This document shows positions 29,601 through 39,049 of a DNA stretch of 64,000 bases, in pieces. The notes under the pieces were generated by a model that saw nothing but the letters and a program-made list of their open reading frames with translations, was not told the origin of the DNA and made no database searches. This stretch comes from Chrysomallon squamiferum (lineage: Eukaryota > Animalia > Mollusca), in contig CM022672.1 of the NCBI GenBank assembly GCA_012295275.1, forward strand, positions 24,304,001 to 24,368,000, read 5' to 3'. How positions within the stretch are numbered: position 1 is the stretch's first letter; the number at the start of each line of letters is the position of its first letter. The translations under genes were made by a program, and so were the position numbers.

Positions 29601-32600
29601 AATGCTAATTTAACTTTAACCAAATTTTCACAAAATGTATAAACTGTATTATTAGAATTTTAATATTTATCTCTAAAGTACTTGCCTGTTGGACGACCAA
29701 CTAAATCCCACTGATACCCATCACAGATAGTATCATCAGTAATAGTAAGTTCTATCTGTGTAGCTTTAAAGGGCGGTTTAATAAAAATAAGCTTGTCTGA
29801 ATCAGATGGTACAGTGTATTGCTGAAAATAATATAAATATAAAAAATAAATATTATAAAAATACTAGTCAAATAAGAACCACAACAATAATAATAAATTA
29901 ATAAATTAAACTGCAGAATTATGCTGGAAATATTTAATTTCTTTTTATTAGCATTAAAGTTCATTCTAATTAAAACTGACCAACACAAGAAAGTTCACTG
30001 ACACCAACAGCATAAAAATTTTGATACACTTTTTAATGGTACTCATTAATTTATATAAGTCTTACCTTAGTTACAATTAACATTTTTTCATTAAATGTTT
30101 TATGCTTCAATTGAAATTTGACATACACACTAATACAAGAAACACCCAAAACCATAACACCAGTTATTTTATTCTCTGTGTTAGTTGTTAGCTGTAAAAA
30201 AAAACAATAAAATATTAATAAGAAAATAAGTTAATGAAACAAAAGAATTAGGATAAAAGCAAAATTTTATGAATTATTTTTTTATTGTATTAAATTGTTA
30301 AAAAAATACAAAACAGTTAAATGCCAGAAATTGTATTGCAAGTATTGGTTACAAAATCTTTACAACTAAAAACCCCAGCATAAAAGACTTCTGCATATGT
30401 CACTATGCCTATTATAAAACTACTTGTAAATTTACTAATTAATACTAATTCAAATCATTTAATTTCTATCATAATTTTAAAACCTTTCAGTTTCAGTTTT
30501 GATATAATCTGAATAAAAAGAAATAGCATAACTAAACAAAGAATAGCAATAACTAAAATATTAGCTATAACTGAAATAGTTACCCTCAAGTATTTATTGA
30601 CTTCTATATCAGGTCTCCAAAAAGACCCATACTCAATCCCAGAATCACTTGATAGATAAGTTTTAGAGCCACGCCGACTCCTAGCTGGACCAAAAGCTAA
30701 ACTTGATGCTAAAGATGTTTTCTTCAGATACTGTGATGAGGACAGTTGGTAATCCTCTATACCAAGATACCCTGTTAATAAATACAAGTCTTCGTCTGAA
30801 AAAACAAAAACAAATACAAATTTTTGATACCCTAAATGCAGACTACACTACTGTGTAAACAAAATTATTAACTTGTTATTAATCAAATTATAATTATATT
30901 AACTTACAATTTAAAAGTAAATTTTAAAAAGCCCTTTTTTTCATGTTTGAAGTTAAAGGTTTAATTATCTACTTCTTTTGTCACAGTTATCATTCAAAAA
31001 TAATTAAGAATACTAAGCTAGTTATTATGGAAAATAAAAATGCATCAAAGTAAAATTTTATGATTATTAAGAAAAATATGAATTTTCTACATTGTTTTAT
31101 GTTTTTTTTGGTTTCCTTCATTACTTTTTCTTTTCTTTTCTTTCCCCCATTAGTTTACCTGAAATACGACAAATGAATTTCTGTCCATTGTAGTTGTAGT
31201 CAGTAATCCAGATGTTATGTACAAAAATACCTGTGGAGCCTGGATTAGTACGTGTCCATGAAAATGCAATGAACACAACATCTGATCCATCTATAAACCA
31301 TTTGTAGCTTTGATCTTGATCTACATCTACAACACCTTATTAAAAGAAAACGATATGTGTAAGCAGAATTTCAACTCATCTTTATGTTTATCATTGATTC
31401 GTTTCATTGATCAATCAAAATACTAAGAGAAAGTTACCTATATAGTAAGGTTTATGTTTCCATTTTAATCTGCTTTTTCCAACCTTATCATATTCTTCTT
31501 TACTGAATGCAGTAGCTAAAAATCCACCTAGCTTAAAACATTGCGCCTCAGCTACTTCATAAATATGTGATGTGTAAACTGTTTTGAAAGTAATGTTATA
31601 TTCTGAAATAAAAAATATAATAATAATAATAATAAAGTATATAATTTATAAAATATTTGATTTATGAATATTATATTTATAATGAATAAATAGATATAAA
31701 TATATAACAGAACTCATTAAACTTTTCAGTATAGCTACATAAACAATAATACATTTAGATCAAGTGCTGTATTTTTTCATGGATTAAAAATATTTTTGTA
31801 ATATATTTTCATCTTTAAAAATAGGCTTGACGTTTGATCTTTGTATGAATTTCCCTGTGTATAGAAAGGCATTACAAAAGATCCCTTGCTTTTAACTGAA
31901 ATGATTAGACCATAAAATGAACATGTGGATAACAAATAACTATTAAAAAAGAACATATATTTTAAACCTAATAAGCTCTATAAAAAATTGTTTCTAGATA
32001 TTGTGAACTATTTTTACTTTCCCTTTCAAACTACTGTTTAGTACCTGGGACACAGTTTAATCCATTACGCCACAAGCTGTAGCCTGATTTACATGAGCAG
32101 TAGAATGAAGTTGACATTTTATGACAAGTATGTTCACAACCCCCATTTTCTATATTACATCTATTCACTTTTTCAGGCTGAGTACCTGCCAAATAAAGTC
32201 ATGCAGTTTTCATCAACATTCATAACGAAAATTATCTTTGTAATTGTTTCTGTTAAAGATAATATTTAAATGAAGTCCTTACAGATCTCAGAAATATAGA
32301 CAATTCCATTTATAAACATCTTTAGTGGGCCAAAATACTGTAATAAAAATTATTAAAATATAGTGTTAGATATCCATAGACAAAAAAAGAAATTCAACCA
32401 ATAGACATTTTTACCAAAGACAGCATCATTAGGTAAATTAAAACATGAAAGTACTTGTAATAAAATTTAGCTTTATATAGCTTTTTTTTTTTTAAATTAC
32501 CACATGATTCTGGATTCTGATAAAACTGTATTCGTAAACAAATACGATCATGACCAAGTCTTAGTTTGAAGAAGACTTTCATTTTATCAGTTTGTACTGG

Positions 32601-34226
32601 ATAGGCAAACATATAATCTTTAATTATTCCTTTCTCAATATCTTCTTCTGTCAAACCAGGAAAATTCTGTAAACAAAAATCCCCACAATAAAACAAAACC
32701 CAGATAACTTAACAATGCATGAAACAACAATTTAAGTTGATAAATCACAAATTTCAGTTTAAAGAGTCATAGTAAAATATATCAGAAATAATTGAAGACA
32801 TCACTCTAATTTTCTAAAGATGCATGGGTTTCAAGAAGTTTGTCAAGAAGTAACCACCCATGGTAAGTAATTTTAAAACTGCTATTACTGATATTTATTC
32901 TAACCTGTATATAACTGGATGCATAATTCTATTTGTTTATAATTCTGGTCAAACTCACATAAACATGTAAGAAAAAGTAAAGTTTATCTTTTTTCTTTTC
33001 TTTTCTTTTAAATGGAATGGAATTAAAAATGAATAGTACAAGTCTGCTATCCCTTATCCTAATTCTTTAAGACAGACAAAAATGTTCTATAGAATTTATT
33101 TGTAACTAAAACAATAATACATGCAGCATGTACAAATTAAATTAAATACTCCGGTACTTAATTACAGAGATAATGTATGCAGAAAAACAAGAAAAAAGAA
33201 ACAACTGGTTTTCTCAATGTTTCAGTTTTCAAATACTAGATTTCTGACTTTATGCTACTGGAAAAATAAGTGAAGTCTCCACCAAAGTATTCAATTTTTG
33301 TTTTTAAATATTTGATACACAGGCAAGAAATTTTATTCATTCTTAACATATATTTCATATACACATAACATTTCTTAGACTATAACAGTTTTCTTAAGTT
33401 TTTACATCCACAAGCAAGAAATAAAATGCTGTTGCCTTTAAATATTAAAATGAATCTGTTAAACTTTGCTGTTAACAAAGGCTAGTCTTTATGACTATGT
33501 GAAATAAATATAAATATTTATTTAGCTGTTACTCACTTTAACCATGTTTACCTTTATTTTTCTGTTCTTAAAACTGCCTTCTCGGATAGCATTATACTGA
33601 TTGTGACCCTCCCAGGTAAAGACTTGGAAGTACATAAATCCAAAATATTTAAGAATAGCAGGACCACCTTTTAATCCAACTCCTACAATTGTAAGTTTGT
33701 TTTTGAAGCTGACAGCTATGAAAGGAGTTAAATCCATTTTTGAGACAAAAATAGACCCTGCACTACACCAATATGTTGGAGAGTTGACACCTTTTTCCAG
33801 ATTATCAAGTCTTGTTGTGAAAGAAGAGTAAGAAATTTTTGAAGGTACAGCCAGACAATGTGATTGGCATGGTGATGGACCTATATGTAATAAAGATAAT
33901 TGTTTAACATACTTAAATTATTCTACAATAAAACTACTGTATGATTTACATCATTATTTTTTATTTTAAACAAGTAACTTTGCTAATTCATACCAGAAGT
34001 TACTATCTGAATTAAAAGATTTTGTTCATTACAATTGAATAGTATTTTAGTTTAAATTAGTGATGAAATGTGTAAAATATAGACAAAACCAGTTGATATT
34101 TAACTTGTTGCTTTACTATAAATATAAAATTAGTAAATGGCAATTCAAATGTAAAGAAGAGATATTGTTCTTACCATAAACCAGCAGCCAACAGATGCAC
34201 TGCAGTGATAAAATGGAGATGTACAT
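9512..34226 (-). CDS. Polycystin-1-like (PKD1L/REJ family) gene A, complete, 39 coding exons, ~2968 aa
   Basis: Hand-spliced exons are phase-consistent and total 8907 nt (divisible by 3). Motifs: REJ (LNASESFDPN, PPVDGSC, LYYG..LPTG), GPS (CSYW..W..GC..CMCNHLTAF), PLAT (YLICVVTG..AGTTSNV), TOP (GRARLRQ, YPGGGY), PKD channel TMs. Assumes a TT donor at 28726 and a GC donor at 29685. Confidence 0.9.
11271..11415 (-). CDS. Gene A exon 38: TOP domain
   Basis: VTNSQTMWKFLN..YLIGRARLRQSR; AG/GT boundaries. Confidence 0.9.
11840..12135 (-). CDS. Gene A exon 37: S1 (TM6) region
   Basis: YPP..LQEIAMYFTFLTLISLV; AG/GT boundaries. Confidence 0.88.
12358..12614 (-). CDS. Gene A exon 36: TM4-TM5
   Basis: LPWYFVFV..YGLKFG..SWLISF..EPLKV. 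Confidence 0.9.
13313..13912 (-). CDS. Gene A exon 35: PLAT end, TM2-TM3
   Basis: YLREV..WLS..HLWISIF..FSRKRRLTC. Confidence 0.9.
14086..14366 (-). CDS. Gene A exon 34: PLAT/LH2 domain
   Basis: YLICVVTGWRHNAGTTSNV..LGNI..WHDCSGSSPSW. Confidence 0.92.
15001..15231 (-). CDS. Gene A exon 33: GPS cleavage site and TM1
   Basis: HCMCNHL/TAFSGG..NPVVI..W. Confidence 0.92.
16295..16411 (-). CDS. Gene A exon 32: GPS N-half
   Basis: QTFSVECSYWNEVQDEWQTFGCK. Confidence 0.88.
16530..16879 (-). CDS. Gene A exon 31: GAIN region
   Basis: Homologous to the gene B exon at 47527-47879 (KVQLL/KVQIL, QDPN.L). Confidence 0.82.
17223..17379 (-). CDS. Gene A exon 30: GAIN region
   Basis: NPFMWS..NLTSPAEIFIP. 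Confidence 0.82.
17949..18215 (-). CDS. Gene A exon 29
   Basis: LSDAVLNS..FSLP; AG/GT boundaries; homologue in gene B. Confidence 0.8.
18597..18678 (-). CDS. Gene A exon 28
   Basis: KQSEIFYILMNLLTDQEEEHIVANWNK; phases fit both neighbours. Confidence 0.7.
19190..19278 (-). CDS. Gene A exon 27
   Basis: KLFLNVALKMADSL..NIAR; gene B equivalent ends KLAR. Confidence 0.78.
19684..19809 (-). CDS. Gene A exon 26
   Basis: ICKQILKNLDNV..SQMTDIVADII; 126 nt as in gene B. Confidence 0.8.
20234..20325 (-). CDS. Gene A exon 25
   Basis: GFLQLAINILEML..EKK. Confidence 0.78.
20635..20740 (-). CDS. Gene A exon 24
   Basis: VFSPQQENKNAVKFLENV; AG/GT boundaries, phases fit. Confidence 0.75.
20985..21130 (-). 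CDS. Gene A exon 23: REJ
   Basis: LLYYG..QLPTGPKDHDF. Confidence 0.87.
21487..21684 (-). CDS. Gene A exon 22: REJ
   Basis: NSPPVDGSCFIFPKSG..YFTVVC. Confidence 0.87.
22017..22264 (-). CDS. Gene A exon 21: REJ
   Basis: CVFNC..LDCDNC..WTL..WGP. Confidence 0.86.
22639..22786 (-). CDS. Gene A exon 20: REJ
   Basis: VLVIPAHKLKINQTYLLTLEISK..PRLQIR. Confidence 0.83.
23521..23609 (-). CDS. Gene A exon 19: REJ
   Basis: YQWYCSVKNSSDSC; poly-T acceptor tract. Confidence 0.82.
23612..23722. repeat. Poly-A/(AAT)n/(AAC)n low-complexity tract
   Basis: Seen directly; forms the polypyrimidine tract of A exon 19. Confidence 0.85.
23919..24061 (-). CDS. Gene A exon 18: REJ
   Basis: VVLNASESFDPN. Confidence 0.87.
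24327..24991 (-). CDS. Gene A exon 17: Ig/PKD-like plus REJ start
   Basis: 665-nt open exon, clearly homologous to 63320-63993 (YSCIP, TGG.FK, WTFS..KF..RCYSD). Confidence 0.87.
25395..25667 (-). CDS. Gene A exon 16: Cys-rich linker plus EGF-like domain
   Basis: CASMPCNDGTICLNYRNSYTCHCPRVVEGNC; strong gtaagt donor. Confidence 0.87.
25974..26130 (-). CDS. Gene A exon 15: F5/8C (discoidin) repeat 3, C-part
   Basis: LRPPVLAQFVKI..LKLELYGC. Confidence 0.87.
26852..27031 (-). CDS. Gene A exon 14: F5/8C repeat 3, middle
   Basis: VDLSQDF..FYLEYSVD. Confidence 0.83.
27364..27524 (-). CDS. Gene A exon 13: F5/8C repeat 3, N-part
   Basis: CSLAILKGLWTIP..GYVQ, continuing into VDL. Confidence 0.78.
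28317..28514 (-). CDS. Gene A exon 12: C-type lectin-like 2, C-half
   Basis: GL..WQDGS..W..FICQ. Confidence 0.85.
28727..28975 (-). CDS. Gene A exon 11: C-type lectin-like 2, N-half (non-canonical TT donor)
   Basis: MNFSSASQICREYGGFLPSI..KWLL-G; donor reads AG|ttaagtat. Confidence 0.78.
29278..29406 (-). CDS. Gene A exon 10: calcium-binding EGF-like domain
   Basis: VDECQNKPCDHFCINTPESFYCRCMKNYHLFIDGRTC. Confidence 0.9.
29686..29821 (-). CDS. Gene A exon 9: F5/8C repeat 2, C-part (GC donor)
   Basis: IKPPFKATQIEL..WDLVG; CAG|gcaagt. Confidence 0.78.
30066..30191 (-). CDS. Gene A exon 8: F5/8C repeat 2, middle
   Basis: KITGVMVLG..KFQLKH; tacag acceptor, gtaag donor. Confidence 0.78.
30584..30795 (-). 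CDS. Gene A exon 7: F5/8C repeat 2, N-part
   Basis: IEDYQLSSS..GPARSR..WRP..KYLR. Confidence 0.83.
31159..31335 (-). CDS. Gene A exon 6: C-type lectin-like 1, C-half
   Basis: YKWFIDGS..W..KFICR. Confidence 0.84.
31438..31602 (-). CDS. Gene A exon 5: C-type lectin-like 1, N-half
   Basis: AEAQCFKLGGFLAT..EEY..YYIG. Confidence 0.85.
32045..32185 (-). CDS. Gene A exon 4: EGF-like domain
   Basis: CNIENGGCEHTCHKMSTSFYCSCKSGYSLWRNGLNC. Confidence 0.9.
32501..32666 (-). CDS. Gene A exon 3: F5/8C repeat 1, C-part
   Basis: FPG..FAYPVQTDKMKV..ICLRIQFY. Confidence 0.82.
33552..33880 (-). CDS. Gene A exon 2: F5/8C repeat 1, N-part
   Basis: RLD..YWCS..PFIAVSF..IVGVGLKG..FQV. Confidence 0.82.
34175..34226 (-). 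CDS. Gene A exon 1 (coding): signal peptide
   Basis: MYISILSLQCICWLLVYG with a phase-1 G|gtaag donor that fits exon 2. Confidence 0.72.
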
Positions 34227-35258
34227 CCAAAATTAAGAATTAAATTCCAAAATAAGGCATTAATCTAAAAATAATTATGACAAAAACATTTTACTTTAGA
34301 AATTTAAAAGAAATGAATTAAAGTTTATACAATATAAATGTAAATAAAAATACAAAAGATTTGACACATTAAATGATTAACCTTATTCATTTAATGCGTT
34401 TCTTACACACTTGGCCAAATATTGCAAACATTAAATTCATGATTTATAACATATCTGTGAACTGATGTATGCATTTATCCAAACATCCCTCATGTACATA
34501 TTTGAATATTTCATCGCTGTTATCAAATGCACACACATGGAATCGGGGGGAGGAGAAAACAAATTTCAATTTCTCACTTATCTGACTGGTCTTTTCATTT
34601 TTTCTTCAGTAAACTGTGGTTTTACTCTCTCGCTCTAATAATACATCAGCTGATATTTAAATATAACATTTTTGAGTTTTTTCACTTTTTCATCAATTCA
34701 TTTATTATTGTTTTAATGCTACGCAGCATTTTAAAATACCATTTGTTTTCACGCAGACGAAAACTAGTCTATAAATAGTTCAGCGTTTTTTTTTTTTTTC
34801 AGACGTCATTTCGGTCCTGCAGCTAGTTAATAATTGTGTGGAACTGTTATGACAACGCTGTTTGAGATGACAGTTTTAATGCAAATTTATGAGTAACAAA
34901 ATTTTAAACAAGCATTAAAAGACCTACATTTAAGTAAATATCTTATTTTCATTTATGATGATGGTAGCAGTATACAGTTTTACTTGCACTGATGTTTAAT
35001 AAGTCTCCTGACCACCGAGGCCCCTTCGCTCCTGTAAATTAGAGACAGTTTTATTTCTTTGTGGTTTTATTGTTTGTATGTTGTTATTTTATTGACGTTT
35101 ATTCATTTATTTTCATTCTGTCTTAAAATTAATGTCCAACTTTAAAAGCTGCTAAATATTAGAAGGCTATAACGTCGAATAAAATGTGGGTTTTTTTGCA
35201 AAATATTTTTTATACGGAATGACATAGTTTATTTATCAAAACGCTAATAATTCAAATA

Positions 35259-35932
35259 CAGTGGTACCTCGACTTACGAGTGCCCCAACTTACGAGTTAC
35301 CAGCGAGCTTCAGATATACCGCCACTAGTTAGTGGATAAAACAACACAACATCCGGCCAGCACGCCGCGTTTCACTCGTTTACTTCACGTGGTTACCCCG
35401 CCGCGGAAGCATGTCAATTGTGTTGTGCTCATTTTTTGTGCAGTATTTTCCCAAATTTCTTTTTTTTCTAGCCATGGATCCTAAGAAAATGCTGAGAAGA
35501 AGAAGCGGATGATGTCCATTGAATTAAAGTTTGAATTCATATAAAAACATGAAGACGTGTCCATGTAGACTTGGTACGAGCATAGTACTTCTACGATTTG
35601 TACCATACTGAAGCTGAAGGAGTCGATAAAAGCTGTAACCCCAGCCAAAGGCGTTAAAATAATTTGTCTGATCTCCAAGATAAATACATTTTACAAAACC
35701 AATTTATTTCTTTACATTTTCGTTTATTTTGTTTTTATACAGTATTTGTCATTTATAAATACATTTTTCTAATTAAAAACACGTTACAAAAAAAAAAGAA
35801 GAAGAATAGGGTAGTTTGGGGGGGGGGCTGGAACGGTTTAATGGTATTTCAATTAATTTCAGTTGGGAAAATTGATTAGAGATACGAGCTCGGTCACGGA
35901 ACGAATTATACTCGTAAGTCAAGGTACCAGTG
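35259..35932 (+). mobile_element. Non-autonomous Tigger/pogo-type (Tc1/mariner superfamily) DNA transposon, internally deleted
   Basis: 23-bp TIRs (CAGTGGTACCTCGACTTACGAGT / ACTCGTAAGTCAAGGTACCAGTG, 2 mismatches) with TA on both flanks. Disrupted CENP-B-type HTH N-terminus from 35474 (KKKRMMSIELK..STSTICTILK..ESIKAVTPAKGVK). Confidence 0.9.
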
Positions 35933-36752
35933 TATTTGGTTACCTGAACAACGATGATACGAGACACGCAGGAAGTCCACTTCCTTACCACTTATTCCCT
36001 AAAATAACAGGAAAAAAAACCAACAACAATAAATAAATAATAATAATAAAACAAAACAAATCAAATTTAAGAACTGAGAAAACTATTTTTGATTTGTTAA
36101 TGAAAATACAAATTTACAATCTATTTTTGACGATTCATAAACTAAAGCCTATTAGAATTTTATTAGACAGATTTATAAATGGCACCAATTTTAATATTAA
36201 ATAGAGTTGTTTCCCATAGATAGTAAACTATTTTTGTTCCTGCCTTGTTATATTTAATTCCATTTTTATGTGTAGGCCTGTGTGTGCGTGTTATTCTCGT
36301 CACACGTGTCACTGATTTATTTGGCAATTTCTTGAATTTATGTAATACAAGATAAATAAAAGTTTTAATTTTTTAATGATAATATCAACTGACAATCTAT
36401 TTCTGAGCTGTTTTTTTTTTTTTTTTTTTTTAAACATTCAAGCATTATGCAGGCATTTTGTTTCTTTTATTATTGTTATTATTATTACTTTTTCTTTTTT
36501 TTTTTTTTTTGGAGAAACATTTTGAAATGACAAGAACTTCATTAATTATTATTTCATCTCTTAAACTGAAAATCCACGTTCATTTACTTTTGTGTATTTT
36601 AACATTAGTATCATTCATAATTATTTTAAAAATTAATATATAATTTTTATTTTATTTCTTGTTTTTTAAAGCAGATAAAATTCAAATTTTATTATGTATT
36701 TCAAAGGATTTATATATTTTCATATTATAATCATTAATTATAAATTAAATAA

Positions 36753-36784
<32 letters not shown>

Positions 36785-37838
36785 CAAATTTATTTAATGT
36801 ATTCATTGTCTAAAATGATAGGTAATTTCACAAATAAAAAGAAAATACAAAACCTTGACTCAGTAAAGAAAAACATGCATAGAAAAATTGCCATATTTTT
36901 TTCTTAGAGGGAAACAATAATAATATTTTTTTAGTAGGGAAGCAATTAAAAGATTTAACATACACAGAAAAAAATAATAAATTTTGTTTTCTTCTTTCTT
37001 TCTTTAATTTAGTTTCTTTTTTCTCTTCTTTTTTTCTTTTTTTGTTTTTGTTTCAGTAATACCACATACATGAACTTATTTTAATACAACTGGTTTTATT
37101 TATTTATTTATTTTTTGGTTAGTTGGGGGGTTTGCTCTATTTAAGTGAACATTAGTGTGCACTTTGAAGAAACAGCTTTGCATAGTTCCAAATGATTAGT
37201 TTTTTTCTTTTGGTCCAGTTTGTTTCAAAACTGTTCAATATGAATAAAAAGAACAACTGGGAAGTTTAAAGATTGCATAAAATTCATTTATTCATATCAT
37301 ATGTACATTTTAAAGAAAATATATTAAGAACAGAAATAATAATAATAATAATAATTATATTTTTATGCACATTATAACAATGAGAAATATTAAAACAAAA
37401 ACTTAATTATTAAATGTTTTATTTAATAATTGCTATTCAAAGAACATTTTAATAAATTAATTTATTAATATTTAAAAGTGACAGCTGAATTATATTAACA
37501 GGCAAGAAATAAAAACAAAAACAACAATTTAATAAATACAGTTTAATATGACTAAATATTGAAAAATCCATCTTATTCACAAGTAAGGAAGTGTAACCTT
37601 TTATGAAACACATTTGACCATTTCTCTAAGTTTTCATAATTATTTTCCAATTTTTTAATTTAAAATATTAATAATAAAATTACAGTATTTGAAAACAGGC
37701 ATTTATTTTTATCAGTTGATGAAACAATCTTTATTAATGATGGCTGGAAGTACAGGAAATTATTTATGTTTAGATGTTTTCTTTTTTCCATCTTTTTTTT
37801 ATTCATTAATATATATATGTATATATATATTCCAGCTT

Positions 37839-39049
37839 TTATTTTCCCCTGTCAAAGCCCAGCAAATTAATACTTTTCATTAAAAATTTAATTATGTGAA
37901 TCTCAGTTTTAATCCTGGCTATTTTCATTCTTGATACACGAAATGCATCCATCAGAATTATAAGAAAAAAATTCACTACTATATACTGATAAATTATAGA
38001 AAACCAGAAAAAAAAAAATGGTCCCCAAAAAGCTTCGGCACTTTCTAGACCTAAGTAATTAGGCTGCCCAAGTATAAATACAAGTAATGTAATCACTGTT
38101 GAAAATATATTTCTGTACCCTTCAAGTATGCTTCCAAATGTCAGAACAGCAAATAAAGAAAATGACATGGTAAATGCAAAGAAGAGAAATGAATATGCAA
38201 TCACACGTGGTCTTGCATTATGAAGGGTTTCTGACAGCATTGATAATCGAGCATTAAAACGAAGTAGTTTAAAGAATTTAATTATTGTCAACGTGACTAA
38301 TGCTGAAGTAACATAAGTTAATATATAGTCAACAACTGCGGCAACATGAAAACTGACAAATGTGTCAAAATTTGATTTTCTGAAAATGTTCATAACATAG
38401 TTACAAATAATAAGCCGATTAATAAACAGACCGATAACAGTGTATCCCAGAACTAAAATGGTTATTTCTACATAACTCCAAGCATCACTGAAATATAACT
38501 TAGCCTTTTGCTTTTTGAATTTATGTATTTCAATATATGTATATGAAAACAAAAACAAAACAAAAAAACCTTCACAAACAGCAACAAATATTTCAAATTC
38601 ATGTTTATAATGATAAAAGTTTTTTGTGTAGATATGATGATAAGGGAAAATAAATCCAGTATTGGAAAATTCAAACATAATTATTAACACACTAAACAGA
38701 TCAACATTTGGATTGAATACGGTAAATTCAACAAACACTACACGTGTGTATTCATCGATCCATGTTGAATTCACTAGATCATTTATAACATTTTGTGCAG
38801 TACTGGTATTTCTTGGGAGCTCAACAATGTATCCTCCACCTGGGTAAGAGGCCATTTTTCCAATAATTGGAAGTGTACCTACATCTAAAGCTGTATGATA
38901 TGTCCACATTTTTTCATGACTGTTAGTTCCATTATATTTCCAGTTTCTGTTATAACTCTCAGTATCTGAGCTTGCCAGTGTAAAATATGTTAGACAATTA
39001 AATGAAGGCTTTAATGTATTTCTGATTATTGGAGATATTTTGCAATATT
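37839..39049 (-). CDS. Gene B last exon: TOP C-part, PKD channel, tail
   Basis: YPGGGY, WIDEYTR, KLLRFN, FILGQ, FWGP, VNFFLIIL. Confidence 0.93.

Noticed and set aside
36458-36643. Hydrophobic ORFs (also 23501, 45082, 45155, 47378) resembling membrane peptides
   Set aside because: Translations of poly-T and (TTA)n low-complexity tracts.
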